64,000 nt of DNA from an uncultured Alphaproteobacteria bacterium. Lineage in GTDB: Bacteria > Pseudomonadota > Alphaproteobacteria > RF32 > CAG-239. The translations under genes and the position numbers were made by a program. The notes under the pieces were generated by a model that was not told the origin of the DNA, made no database searches, and saw nothing but the letters and a program-made list of their open reading frames with translations. Shown piece by piece: positions 35,866 through 46,268 of the stretch (positions within the stretch are counted from its first letter, which is position 1; each line of letters begins with the position of its first letter). The DNA is taken from NCBI GenBank assembly GCA_944391515.1, contig CALXTW010000003.1, forward strand, positions 9,102-73,101. Reading direction: 5' to 3'.

Positions 35866-37041
35866 TTAAAAACTATATAAATCCGTGTTCATAAACTTTT
35901 GATCTTCCCGCGACATTCGTGTATAGTCCAACTCTCGAAGCATTGGATCTTCTAGCACCAAACGTCCCGTTCCGGCTTGAAGATAAGGCTTATTACCGCC
36001 TAATCCCCAAATCACATCATCTTTGTTGTCGGGTGTACCATACTTTTGGTTAATTTTTTTCCAAAAATCGTAAACTTTTATATTTCTCAGGTAAATATGT
36101 TTTTGGCTATTGCCACTGATATTCGTGGCAGCCTCACTTTTATAAGAAATTCGGTAAGCCTTATTATTCGTAAACGTACTGGTAAAGCGAACTTCTATTT
36201 CCTCACGGGTTTTAAATTTTGAATAAGTCGCACGCTCAATAAATTGATAGCCGTTCTTTTTGGCCATTTGGATGACGCAGTTTTCCAATCGCTCATACCC
36301 CACGACTCCTGAAGCACGGCATTTATCTTCATTACGCCAACGAATAAAATTCGGAATATCCATTTTTTGCATGGTGCGACGAAAACCTCGACGCGTTAAG
36401 GTTTCGTCTATTTGAGCAAATGACATACGCAACATTGCGCCCGAAATATCAAACACAGAAGCATTTGAACGTTTAACCGTTGTTTTGGATTTTTCCATAA
36501 GACTGCTTAAGTTGACTTTTCCTTGCTCTTTTCCAGAGGGAGAGGCTTGTTCGACTGAAGATTTATCATCACTCAACAAAGGATCTTTTATTTTAGACAA
36601 CCAAGTTCCATCGACCTTAGGCACAGAGACGACTTCTCCTTCTGCTGAAGCGGGTTTAGCTTCCAAATTATCGGTTAGAGTTTTATTTTTATCGACCTTG
36701 GGCGTTGTGGTTGCTTGGGATTGAGAGGGTTGAGTCTCTGTCTCAGGCTCTGCCTCTGAGGCTTGAGGAAGATGGGTTTGTGAAACTTCTTCATCTGAGA
36801 CACTTGGCGGCTCAGCATCTAAAGAATCAAAGTCCATATTCTCAAAATTTAAATCTTCATCAGACATTACTTTGGGCAAGGCTAAGGTTTGGCTCTCATT
36901 ATAAGGTATGGGCTCTGAGAGTGGAACAGCCTCTTCTTGCGCCATATCAGGATAGAGCAGCGGGTCATATTCCTCACTACTCCAACAAACTGACGGCACG
37001 AGAATCGCCGTGGTAACACAAAGTAAAATCCTTAATTTCAT
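35866..37041 (-). CDS. secreted hypothetical protein with acidic/Pro-rich N-terminal region
   Basis: Signal peptide, a low-complexity E/P/S/T-rich stretch, then a globular C-terminal half. It is the first gene of the chpT operon. Confidence 0.55.
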   Translation of the reverse strand: MKLRILLCVTTAILVPSVCWSSEEYDPLLYPDMAQEEAVPLSEPIPYNESQTLALPKVMSDEDLNFENMDFDSLDAEPPSVSDEEVSQTHLPQASEAEPETETQPSQSQATTTPKVDKNKTLTDNLEAKPASAEGEVVSVPKVDGTWLSKIKDPLLSDDKSSVEQASPSGKEQGKVNLSSLMEKSKTTVKRSNASVFDISGAMLRMSFAQIDETLTRRGFRRTMQKMDIPNFIRWRNEDKCRASGVVGYERLENCVIQMAKKNGYQFIERATYSKFKTREEIEVRFTSTFTNNKAYRISYKSEAATNISGNSQKHIYLRNIKVYDFWKKINQKYGTPDNKDDVIWGLGGNKPYLQAGTGRLVLEDPMLRELDYTRMSREDQKFMNTDLYSF

Positions 37042-37196
37042 TTTTCAGTACTGATATTTTCTTAAAATTTTTTTTAGTATAACCTGTTTTTCTTATATTT
37101 CAAATTTTAAGCAAAGTTATCCGCCTGTTTTCGGGGGTTTACTTTTTTGTGAATATTGATATAAAGAAACTCAATTAAATTCTGTTAGGAAAAACA

Positions 37197-38540
37197 ATGA
37201 AAACTGTTCATATTATCGGTGCCGGTCTGGCAGGCTCTGAAGCCGCTTGGCAAATTGCTCAAGCCGGAATTAATGTTATTATTCATGAGATGAAGCCTAA
37301 ACGCTTTTCTCCGGCTCACAAAAATCCCGATTGTGCCGAATTGGTCTGCTCCAATTCTCTTCGTTCTGATGATTTTGAACACAATGCCGTCGGCTTATTG
37401 CATGAAGAATTGCGCCGTGCGGGTTCCCTCATCATGGCTTGCGCCGATGAAACAAAAGTTCCCGCCGGCGGCGCTTTGGCCGTGGACAGAGACGGATTTG
37501 CACGCCTTGTTACACAAAAGCTTTCATCTCACCCGCTTATTCAATTTAGCCATGAAGAAATTACAACTTTGCCCGATGAATCTTGGGGCGATGTGATTAT
37601 TGCTACAGGTCCATTGACCAGCGAATCTTTAGCTCACGCTATTTTAGATGAGGTCAATGAACAATCCCTTTCTTTTTACGATGCAATAGCACCGGTGGTT
37701 TATAAAGACAGTATTAATTTTGATAAGGCTTGGTATCAATCCCGCTATGATAAAGGCGATAAATTTGACTACATCAACTGCCCTCTCTCCAAAGAGGAAT
37801 ATTACCATTTTGTTGAGGAGCTCTTAAAAGCCGAAAAAGCCGAATTCCATGATTGGGAAAAGGTCAATTATTTTGATGGTTGTTTGCCTATCGAAGTTAT
37901 GGCTGAGCGCGGAATCGAAACCCTTGTATTCGGCCCAATGAAACCGGTTGGCTTGACTAATCCTCATAGCTCGGAAAAACCTTATGCCGTCGTACAACTC
38001 CGCCAAGACAATAAAGAAGACACTTTGCGCAATATTGTAGGTTTTCAAACCAAAATGAAATATGGCGAGCAAAAGAGAATTTTTCAGATGATTCCGGGAC
38101 TGGAAAATGCTGAATTTGCTCGTTTTGGCGGCATCCACAAAAACACTTTTATCAAAAGCCCGATTTTGCTTGATTCAACTCTACGCCTCAAATCCAAACC
38201 CTATATTAGCTTTGCCGGGCAGATTACCGGTTGCGAGGGTTATGTTGAAAGTACGGCCATCGGGCTGTTGGCGGGATATTTTGCCGTTTGTCGAGCACAG
38301 GGAAAAGAAGCTCTGTTGCCACCTCAAACAACCGCTTTGGGCGCTATGCTGAATCACCTGATTGATGATACGGATATTGAGAACTTTCAGCCTATGAATA
38401 TTAATTTTGGAATTTTTCCAACAATTAAAGGCGAAACCACCGCTAATGGCAAATTCAAAAAGCTCAAAGGAATGGATCGCAAAGAAGCTTATTGCAAACG
38501 TGCACTTGATGACATTAAAACTTGGCTGGAGAATAAATAA
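37197..38540 (+). CDS. trmFO: methylenetetrahydrofolate--tRNA-(uracil54-C5)-methyltransferase
   Basis: N-terminal FAD motif [16 protein letters not shown], with length and sequence typical of TrmFO/Gid. Confidence 0.9.
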   Translation: MKTVHIIGAGLAGSEAAWQIAQAGINVIIHEMKPKRFSPAHKNPDCAELVCSNSLRSDDFEHNAVGLLHEELRRAGSLIMACADETKVPAGGALAVDRDGFARLVTQKLSSHPLIQFSHEEITTLPDESWGDVIIATGPLTSESLAHAILDEVNEQSLSFYDAIAPVVYKDSINFDKAWYQSRYDKGDKFDYINCPLSKEEYYHFVEELLKAEKAEFHDWEKVNYFDGCLPIEVMAERGIETLVFGPMKPVGLTNPHSSEKPYAVVQLRQDNKEDTLRNIVGFQTKMKYGEQKRIFQMIPGLENAEFARFGGIHKNTFIKSPILLDSTLRLKSKPYISFAGQITGCEGYVESTAIGLLAGYFAVCRAQGKEALLPPQTTALGAMLNHLIDDTDIENFQPMNINFGIFPTIKGETTANGKFKKLKGMDRKEAYCKRALDDIKTWLENK

Positions 38541-39398
38541 ATGCCCAATATGCGCCACAAACAACAAAAAGATGAAAATTTTCCGGTTGCCTCTTTTTTA
38601 TTTTCAAAAGACACGCAAAAAGTCGTAACCGCTTATTATGATTTTGCCAGATATTGTGATGACGTGGCTGACAACCCGGCCCTGACTTCTCAACAAAAGT
38701 TGGAACGATTGGAGGCTGCAGAACAAGCTCTCTTTAATGAAAAAGAGGCAAAAAAGAATAAACATGCCGCTCATTTGCGCAAAGTTTTCTTAAAAGAAAA
38801 TTTGAGCTTTTCTTTGGCGGCTGATTTACTCAAAGCCTTTCGCCAAGATTCTGAGGGATTTTTTTATCAGACTTGGGGACAGCTGATTGATTACTGCAAA
38901 AACTCTGCTGCCCCGGTGGGACGTTTTATGCTTGCAATTAATAATGAAAACCCTTCAACCTACTTACCGGCTGATGCGCTTTGCGCCGCTTTGCAAATTG
39001 TTAACCATATTCAAGACGTAAAATATGATTTTCAAGTACTTAAAAGAGTTTATATTCCTGATGAACTTTGGAAACAATTTAACTTACCTGAAAGCATTCT
39101 AGAACAAAACAAAAGTCCCGAGGATTTTCAAAAACTCATTAGCGAAATGCTTAAAAGAGTTAAAGGGTTACTTAAAGATGCTGAAATTTTGCCTTGCATT
39201 GTCAAGAACTTAAGATTAAGATTGGTGCTCTGCGTTATCTTTTCCTTAACCAATATTATGATATATAAAATATTAAAAGGAGATGTTTTAGCCTCGCAAA
39301 TTAAGCTCAATAAATTTGATTGGGCGAGAGCTGTTCTTCTCGGAGTTGGCAAGGGATTGTTTATTCGCCGAAAAACTTTGACGTATAAAGGTTTATAG
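38541..39398 (+). CDS. hpnC: hydroxysqualene synthase HpnC (squalene/phytoene synthase family)
   Basis: N-terminal ENFPVAS motif, a DD-rich motif (YCDDVAD) and a second Asp-rich region. Its ATG directly follows the trmFO stop. Confidence 0.7.
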   Translation: MPNMRHKQQKDENFPVASFLFSKDTQKVVTAYYDFARYCDDVADNPALTSQQKLERLEAAEQALFNEKEAKKNKHAAHLRKVFLKENLSFSLAADLLKAFRQDSEGFFYQTWGQLIDYCKNSAAPVGRFMLAINNENPSTYLPADALCAALQIVNHIQDVKYDFQVLKRVYIPDELWKQFNLPESILEQNKSPEDFQKLISEMLKRVKGLLKDAEILPCIVKNLRLRLVLCVIFSLTNIMIYKILKGDVLASQIKLNKFDWARAVLLGVGKGLFIRRKTLTYKGL

Positions 39399-40232
39399 AT
39401 GAACGACATTAAACAAATTGTAAAGAAATCCGGCACTTCTTTTTTCTGGAGTATGCGTATGCTCCCTAAAGCCAAACGTGAAGCAATGTACACTATTTAT
39501 GCCTTTTGTCGACATATTGATGATATTGTTGACGGGGATGATGATGTGGCTGAAAAGCAAGAACTTCTCAATGCTTGGCGCGAAGAAATGAATAATATTT
39601 ACGATAAAAAAGTACCGGCTACAGAAATCGGGCGTCGTATCTATAAAAATTGTATGCGCTTTAAGCTCCCTAAGGAAGAATTTTTACGCCTGATAAACAG
39701 TATCTCAATGGATGTTCCTGACCCTGTACAAGCTCCGTCTTTAGATAAGTTTTTGGAATATTGTCGCGGGGTCGCCGGTGTTCCGGGAAATTTGTCTTTA
39801 CGCATTTTTGGGTGCAAAGATGAAGAAATTATAAATGAATTATCAACAAATCTCGGTAATGCCTTGCAAATTACAAATATATTGCGAGATGTGAAGGAAG
39901 ATGCCATGAGTAATCGTCTTTATATTCCGAAAGAATTTTTGCTCAAGGCTGATATTTCTTCAAATGACCCAAAGACCGTGGTTGTCGATAAAAATTTAGC
40001 TAAAGCCAGAGAAGAGTTAGCACAATTAGCTGATGAATATTTTAAAAAATCTGAATTTTTAATTCAAAAACTTGATAAGCAAACGGCACGTCCGGTTAAG
40101 ATGATTGCAGCGATTTATCGTAAATACTTTAAAATTATGAAAAATAGAGGTTGGGAAATTATTTCGCCTAAACCCCAAATCAGCAAAATGAAAAAGCTTA
40201 CGCTTGCTTTAAGAGCATATTTTGGAAAATAA
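39399..40232 (+). CDS. hpnD: presqualene diphosphate synthase HpnD
   Basis: SGTSFFWSMRMLP...YAFCRHIDDIVDG and ...ITNILRDVKEDA are typical of HpnD. Its ATG directly follows the hpnC stop. Confidence 0.7.
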   Translation: MNDIKQIVKKSGTSFFWSMRMLPKAKREAMYTIYAFCRHIDDIVDGDDDVAEKQELLNAWREEMNNIYDKKVPATEIGRRIYKNCMRFKLPKEEFLRLINSISMDVPDPVQAPSLDKFLEYCRGVAGVPGNLSLRIFGCKDEEIINELSTNLGNALQITNILRDVKEDAMSNRLYIPKEFLLKADISSNDPKTVVVDKNLAKAREELAQLADEYFKKSEFLIQKLDKQTARPVKMIAAIYRKYFKIMKNRGWEIISPKPQISKMKKLTLALRAYFGK

Positions 40233-40235
40233 GCA

Positions 40236-41291
40236 ATGAAAAATAAGGCATACCATATTATCGGCGCGGGAGTTGCCGGTTTGTGCGCTGCCAAATTTAT
40301 CAAACAAAAATTTCCTCAGGCAAAAGTTTATCTTTATGAAGCGGCTCATCATATCGGCGGCAGAGCTTATTCTTTTTTTGATAAGAATTGGCAGTTAAGT
40401 CTGGATAACGCCACCCATGTTATTCTCAGAGCAAACAAAAATGCTTATCACGTCTTTCCATCTTTCAAAGAATGGCAAAAAGTTTTCTTTATGGAAAAAG
40501 GGCAAAATTCTCTCCAAACAAATAAGTGGAAATTTCGCGATGAAATTGCCGAGGCTGTTTTTAATACCTCTTTTGGAGAGGTTAGCTTTAAGCAATGGCT
40601 TAATATTACGGGGCAACTTTTTCCATTTATGCAAAAGCAATTTAAAGCTTCATTTTCGCAAGGAAATTTAACTCAAGACCTTATGCAAGTTTTGCAACTT
40701 CCTAATATTCATATTAATTATGGCTGTAAACTCCTAAGTATCGAACAACAAGGAAAGCTTATCACCAAACTTATTTTCAATAAACAAACCATTGATATTA
40801 AAGAAGGTGAGCAAGTGATTTCGGCTCTGGATAGCTATAATTTTGGAAAAATATTTGAGCCGACAAATTTTGAATATAATACAATCATCAATATTTATTT
40901 TCACACCAGCATGGCTCTAACCTTACCCCAAAGATTACATTTTATCGGCCTCAAAGGTTATAAGGCGCAATGGGTATTTTCTTTTCCGAATATCTTAGCC
41001 GTAACAATCAGCAATGCCAATGCTTGTACTTTAAGTGACGATGAATTGGCGAGACTTATTTGGGAGGAGATTTGTGCTTTGAGAGGAAGAGCGGCCGCCT
41101 TTATGCCTGAATATAGAGTTTTGCGACACAAGCGTGCTACCATAAAACAAGATAAACTAAACAATGCCTTACGTCCCTCTTCAGCCCAAACAAAATGGGC
41201 AAACTTGCAAATCTGCGGTGATTGGACCATGAAAAATTATCCCTGCTGCTTGGAGAGCGCCATTCTTTCTGCTCGAAGGCTTAAAATTTAA
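40236..41291 (+). CDS. hpnE: FAD-dependent hydroxysqualene dehydroxylase HpnE-like oxidoreductase
   Basis: N-terminal dinucleotide fold IIGAGVAGLCAA...YEA..IGGRA, and its position after hpnCD. At 351 aa it is shorter than I expect for the family. Confidence 0.55.
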   Translation: MKNKAYHIIGAGVAGLCAAKFIKQKFPQAKVYLYEAAHHIGGRAYSFFDKNWQLSLDNATHVILRANKNAYHVFPSFKEWQKVFFMEKGQNSLQTNKWKFRDEIAEAVFNTSFGEVSFKQWLNITGQLFPFMQKQFKASFSQGNLTQDLMQVLQLPNIHINYGCKLLSIEQQGKLITKLIFNKQTIDIKEGEQVISALDSYNFGKIFEPTNFEYNTIINIYFHTSMALTLPQRLHFIGLKGYKAQWVFSFPNILAVTISNANACTLSDDELARLIWEEICALRGRAAAFMPEYRVLRHKRATIKQDKLNNALRPSSAQTKWANLQICGDWTMKNYPCCLESAILSARRLKI

Positions 41292-41292
41292 G

Positions 41293-41328
41293 AAAAACCC
41301 TCGAACATCTAAAGTTCGAGGGTTTTTA
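41293..41328. terminator. bidirectional intrinsic terminator after hpnE
   Basis: AAACCCTCGAAC / GTTCGAGGGTTT 12-bp stem with flanking A and T runs. Confidence 0.75.
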
Positions 41329-41331
41329 GTT

Positions 41332-41910
41332 TTAACGAAACCAAGACAAAAGTTTGTGTTTTAACTTCCGTCCTTTGGAGACAGGGACGGAATCGCAATA
41401 CAAATTCCAATAGAGTTGGTACTTTTTGAGGCTTAACAATGACAAGGTTGTATTTTTGATACCTTTGGTTTGAAAATACAACCTCATAAACTCATCTGGC
41501 TCTTCTGTCGAAATTTTACCATGCTCTAAGCGATAATCTAAGAGCTGTTTTTCATCCTCGGCATCCAGAGCATAAACCTCTAAAAAATCGCGCAATAGCT
41601 TTTCATTACCTGAGGCAATCATTTGCCTTCTAAACTCGGGTAAATTGGCATTGCGTTGCAAAAGTTTGTTTTGCGACATTTTTAAATAGGGTTTGCACAA
41701 GCAAGCATCTCGCTTTATGAGTTCCGTAATCACTGCCGGCGTGTACAAATTCTGAAACAACAGAACTTGAACTTTCATAATGGCATCTTTGCCACCTACC
41801 ATGTAAGGTGCATAAAACTCTCTTTCGACTGAAGAGAGAGCATTTAATTGTTTAACTGCCGGTAGCACAATGCCTTGCAGTACTTTTACGATTTCAGGAT
41901 TTGTTTCCAT
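41332..41910 (-). CDS. hypothetical protein
   Basis: 192-aa ORF. No family recognised. Confidence 0.45.
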   Translation of the reverse strand: METNPEIVKVLQGIVLPAVKQLNALSSVEREFYAPYMVGGKDAIMKVQVLLFQNLYTPAVITELIKRDACLCKPYLKMSQNKLLQRNANLPEFRRQMIASGNEKLLRDFLEVYALDAEDEKQLLDYRLEHGKISTEEPDEFMRLYFQTKGIKNTTLSLLSLKKYQLYWNLYCDSVPVSKGRKLKHKLLSWFR

Positions 41911-41993
41911 AATTTTGATTTTTAAAATAAATAAAGACCCAATAATTGTTATTTGAGTCTTTATTTAAGCTTTAATCCTTACTTTGTAAAGAT

Positions 41994-42422
41994 TTATTTG
42001 AACTGACGGGCAAATTCGTGTTTATCCATACCATTAATCTTAGTTAAGTTCGGATTGGTCAGAATATTCGGCAATTCCATCTTGCAAAATACACTTCTGG
42101 GGTCGGCATTATTTACAAATGCCGTTACTTCACCTTTAGCCTCGCCAATAAACCTTTTGGAGGCAATGCTCCAAATTTCGGCAACTTGCTCCTGACTTAG
42201 GCCGGAATCGTGGCTAAGCAGTCCCATTTCAACCAATTTGGCACCGCAATCCGTATGCTCGATTACCATTTTATCACTGTGTTTACTGGTATAGTCAAAA
42301 GCCTTGTCCCGATTTTCTTTGGTCGGCTGAAAACTAATGCTGTATAGCACAATGCTGTTTTCGGGGGTGGATACACTATAGGTGCGTGCCACCTCCAATG
42401 CTTGCTGAAATAATTTGTTCAT
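41994..42422 (-). CDS. hypothetical protein translationally coupled to clpB
   Basis: 142-aa ORF whose ATG overlaps the clpB TAA (TAATG). No family recognised. Confidence 0.5.
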   Translation of the reverse strand: MNKLFQQALEVARTYSVSTPENSIVLYSISFQPTKENRDKAFDYTSKHSDKMVIEHTDCGAKLVEMGLLSHDSGLSQEQVAEIWSIASKRFIGEAKGEVTAFVNNADPRSVFCKMELPNILTNPNLTKINGMDKHEFARQFK

Positions 42423-45010
42423 TACTTTTTCTTACTCTTTACTATTTCTAATTGTCCGTTGCTGACAATGATGTCCGCCGTATCATTCTCGGCGATTTCA
42501 CCATCCAGAATCTTTAACGCCAATTTATTCTCTATTTGATTTTTTAGCAAGCGTTTTAATGGCCTTGCACCATAAATCGGATCATAACCGTTATTGACAA
42601 TCCATGCTTCAGCCATCTCGTTGACATGTAACTTAATGTTCTTCTCGGCTAAGCGTTTTTCAATGCCTGCTATTTGTATCTTGGCGATTTCTTTTATATT
42701 ACTCTTATCTAGGCGATGGAACAAGCTTATTTCATCTATGCGGTTGATAAATTCCGGACGGAATGAAGCTTTGACAATATCCATTACTCTTGCCTTTATC
42801 TTTTTAGGATCATCTGCTCCCGTGGCATTAGCCAAGATATCTGAGCCTAAGTTTGAGGTCATGATTATCAAAGTATTCTTAAAGTCAACCGTGCGGCCTT
42901 TACCATCTGTCAATCGTCCGTCATCCAAGACTTGCAACAAGACATTAAAAATATCAGGATGCGCTTTTTCAACCTCATCAAACAAAATTACCTGATATGG
43001 ACGGCGACGTACCGCTTCGGTTAAAACACCGCCTTCTTCATAGCCGACATAGCCCGGAGGTGAACCAATTAAACGAGCAACGGCATGTTTTTCCATATAT
43101 TCCGACATATCTATTCGCAACAGAGCATGCTCATCATTGAACAAGAACTCTGCCAAAGCTTTGCTCAATTCGGTTTTACCGACACCGGTCGGCCCTAAGA
43201 ATAAGAACGAACCTATGGGTTGGCTACCATCATTAATACCGGCTCGAGAGCGTCTGACCGCATTGGAAACCGCTGCAATTGCCTCTTTTTGACCAATAAC
43301 TCGTTTGCCGAGGTAGTCTTCCATATGAACCAGCTTCTCACGTTCGCCTTGCAACATCTTATCAACCGGAATACCAGTCCACTTTGAAACAACCGCTGCA
43401 ATATTTTCATCGGTTACGGTTTCGTGAATATGAGCATTGGCTGACGCTGCTTTTTCCTCAATTTGTTTTAGCTGATTTTGCAAGTCAGGAATGACACTAT
43501 ACTGCAACTCCCCTGCTCGCTCAAAACGACCTTCGCGTTGAGCAATTTCTGCCTCAATGCGCGCCTTATCCAATTTATCCTTTAATTCGGTTACATTGGC
43601 AAGACCTTGTTTTTCTGCTTTCCATTTCTCATTTAAGCCTTTGGCTTTGACTTCCAGACCTGAAATTTCATAGCCGATTTGTTCAAGACGTGATTTGGAG
43701 GCCTCGTCGGTTTCTTTTTTGAGGGCTTCACGCTCTATTTTGAGCTGCAAAATTCGGCGGTCAAGTTCATCTAACTCTTCAGGTTTTGAATCTATTGACA
43801 TTCTCAAAGCACTAGCGGCTTCATCCATCAGGTCAATTGCTTTATCAGGCAAGAACCTATCACTAATATATCTATTCGACAAAGTCGCCGCAGCAATCAA
43901 TGCATTATCGGAAATCTTAACCCCATGGTGGAGTTCAAACTTATCCTTAATGCCACGCAGAATCGAAATGGTTTCTTCAACGCTCGGTTCATCAACAAAT
44001 ACCGGTTGGAACCTTCTTGCTAAAGCCGCATCTTTTTCGACGTATTTTTTATATTCATTCAAAGTGGTAGCGCCAAGGCAGTGAAGCTCGCCTCTTGCCA
44101 AGGCCGGTTTCAGCAAGTTAGAGGCATCCATTGAACCTTCACTCGCTCCGGCTCCGACGATGGTGTGCATTTCATCAATAAACAAGATAATATTGCCATC
44201 AGAGGCTTCAACGTCTTTCAGAACGGCTTTTAAGCGTTCCTCAAACTCACCTCTGAACTTGGCGCCTGCTATTAAGGCTCCCATATCCAAAGCCAGTAAT
44301 CTTTTATCGTGCAAGCTTTCAGGAACGTCGTTATTGACAATTCGCATTGCCAAGCCTTCAACAATAGCGGTTTTACCAACACCAGGCTCACCAATCAAAA
44401 CCGGATTGTTTTTGGTTCGACGAGACAAAACCTGTATGGTACGGCGAATTTCATGCTCTCTGCCGACAACAGGGTCAAGTTTTCCTTCTCTGGCTTTGGC
44501 GGTAATGTCGATGGCGTATTTCTTTAAGGCTTCAAAATTTTCTTCCGCGCTTTCCGAATCCGCAACTCGGCCTTTACGGTACTCGTTTATGGCTTGCTCT
44601 AAACGTCCATAGTTGACACCGGCGTTATGCAAAACATCATAAGCCTTGGTTCCCGATGTTGCCGCCAATGCTTGCAAAATACGCTCAGTTGTCACAAATT
44701 GGTCACCTGATTTTTCGGCCAAATCTTCAGCCTCTTGCATAACACGTGTAAAGTCTTGCGACATCAAGCTTTGGACAGCTGCTCCGGAGACTTGCGGAAT
44801 TTTGCGGATAGCATCATCGGTTTGACTGATAACGGTTTCGACATTCCCGCCTGATTTTTGCAGGAGGTCTTTTATCAGTGTATCTTTATCTTCAAGAAGA
44901 ACTTTTAGTATATGTTCAGGCGCGATATATTGGTGCTTCTTGGTCGATGCCAAGTTAACCACATCCTGAACTAATTCTTTAGACTTATTGGTTAGTTTTT
45001 CAAAATCCAT
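42422..45010 (-). CDS. clpB: ATP-dependent chaperone ClpB
   Basis: 862 aa with two AAA+ modules ([16 protein letters not shown]), a middle coiled-coil domain and a Clp N-domain. Confidence 0.95.
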   Translation of the reverse strand: MDFEKLTNKSKELVQDVVNLASTKKHQYIAPEHILKVLLEDKDTLIKDLLQKSGGNVETVISQTDDAIRKIPQVSGAAVQSLMSQDFTRVMQEAEDLAEKSGDQFVTTERILQALAATSGTKAYDVLHNAGVNYGRLEQAINEYRKGRVADSESAEENFEALKKYAIDITAKAREGKLDPVVGREHEIRRTIQVLSRRTKNNPVLIGEPGVGKTAIVEGLAMRIVNNDVPESLHDKRLLALDMGALIAGAKFRGEFEERLKAVLKDVEASDGNIILFIDEMHTIVGAGASEGSMDASNLLKPALARGELHCLGATTLNEYKKYVEKDAALARRFQPVFVDEPSVEETISILRGIKDKFELHHGVKISDNALIAAATLSNRYISDRFLPDKAIDLMDEAASALRMSIDSKPEELDELDRRILQLKIEREALKKETDEASKSRLEQIGYEISGLEVKAKGLNEKWKAEKQGLANVTELKDKLDKARIEAEIAQREGRFERAGELQYSVIPDLQNQLKQIEEKAASANAHIHETVTDENIAAVVSKWTGIPVDKMLQGEREKLVHMEDYLGKRVIGQKEAIAAVSNAVRRSRAGINDGSQPIGSFLFLGPTGVGKTELSKALAEFLFNDEHALLRIDMSEYMEKHAVARLIGSPPGYVGYEEGGVLTEAVRRRPYQVILFDEVEKAHPDIFNVLLQVLDDGRLTDGKGRTVDFKNTLIIMTSNLGSDILANATGADDPKKIKARVMDIVKASFRPEFINRIDEISLFHRLDKSNIKEIAKIQIAGIEKRLAEKNIKLHVNEMAEAWIVNNGYDPIYGARPLKRLLKNQIENKLALKILDGEIAENDTADIIVSNGQLEIVKSKKK

Positions 45011-45086
45011 TGTCTTATCCCTTCTTTCTACTTCTATAGTAAAATATAGTTACGAAAGGAGGGGTAAATCAAGTTTTTTAGAAAAA

Positions 45087-46241
45087 TTATTTTTGCGGAA
45101 CTAATTTTATCAACGTGATTTCTGATGGAGCAAACAGACGTAACGGAGCTCCCCAATAGCCAGTTCCCCTAGAAACATAAAGTTTGGCTCCTTCAAAATC
45201 ATAAAGTCCTGCTAAATACTTGTTAGCTTGCCATACCAAATAGTGGAACGGGAAAATTTGGCCGCCGTGTGTATGGCCCGAAAGCTGTAAGTCATAGTTT
45301 GGTTTGAACTCATCTTCCTTATAAAACTTGGGAGAGTGCGATAATAAAATTTTATAATCATCAGAGCTAGCATTTTCAAAAGTTTTATCCATATCCAACT
45401 TGAAAAAACGAGCAGCGCGAAGAAAGCTGATATCCGGAATTCCGCCAATATAGAGATTTGTGTCCTTAATTCTGACACCGGAATTAAACAAAGCTGTCCA
45501 GCCTTGTTGAGAATATTTAAACTGCCACCCAGGAAAACCGTTATAAAGTTCATGATTACCATAAACTATATACTCACCATACTTGCTCTTTAAGCCTTTC
45601 AATACTGCCATTTGTGCTTCGACTTTGGAAACTTTGTCATCTCCGATATCACCCGTAAGCAAAATTAAATCAGGATTAAGTGTATTGACTTCTTCGACCA
45701 ATTTTTTCACATGTGATATCGGCATGGTACGATTAACGTGAATGTCACTTAACTGAACAATTGTATAGGCTTGGGTTATTTTGGGGCTGGAAATGGTAAC
45801 TTCCTTAACACTCGGAACCTTTAAGGCCTCATAGCAAGCATAAAAACTCAAGACGAAAGTCAGCCCCAATGTATAGACATTGGCTAGGTTTAATTTGTGA
45901 TTGTCTGAGGGATTAAAAATTGGGGCATGGGCTGATTTCAACATTTTGGCAAGTTCATAAATACCAAACCAAATGAAATCTCGAACTAAAAGCAAAACCA
46001 ATAATATAAATGCCACCCCAAACAAAAAATAAGCAACATTGGAAAAATATGGAAAAACTGCACTATCTCCCCAAGATGTTGCTCGCAAACCACCGACAAT
46101 TACCGGTGCAAACCAAGAAAATATAATCGCCAGAGAGGCTATAATTTTTATAGATAGGCGCAAATCAATATAACCCACCAAAGTCTTGATGGTGATGGCG
46201 GTTGCTGCTATGGCTACAATCAAGGCTCCTATCATAAACAT
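45087..46241 (-). CDS. membrane-bound metallophosphoesterase
   Basis: Four N-terminal TM segments, then the calcineurin-like motifs LSDIHV, GDIGD, GNHE and GHTHGG. Confidence 0.8.
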   Translation of the reverse strand: MFMIGALIVAIAATAITIKTLVGYIDLRLSIKIIASLAIIFSWFAPVIVGGLRATSWGDSAVFPYFSNVAYFLFGVAFILLVLLLVRDFIWFGIYELAKMLKSAHAPIFNPSDNHKLNLANVYTLGLTFVLSFYACYEALKVPSVKEVTISSPKITQAYTIVQLSDIHVNRTMPISHVKKLVEEVNTLNPDLILLTGDIGDDKVSKVEAQMAVLKGLKSKYGEYIVYGNHELYNGFPGWQFKYSQQGWTALFNSGVRIKDTNLYIGGIPDISFLRAARFFKLDMDKTFENASSDDYKILLSHSPKFYKEDEFKPNYDLQLSGHTHGGQIFPFHYLVWQANKYLAGLYDFEGAKLYVSRGTGYWGAPLRLFAPSEITLIKLVPQK

Positions 46242-46268
46242 TATTCCTCCCTTTGAGAGTTACGCCTA

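Noticed and set aside
45011-45086. Sigma-32 heat-shock promoter upstream of clpB (CTTGAT ... CTATAT on the minus strand).
   Set aside because: The spacing between the two elements is about 20 nt rather than the ~17 expected, and the -10 is not a good CCCCAT/CYTATNT match.
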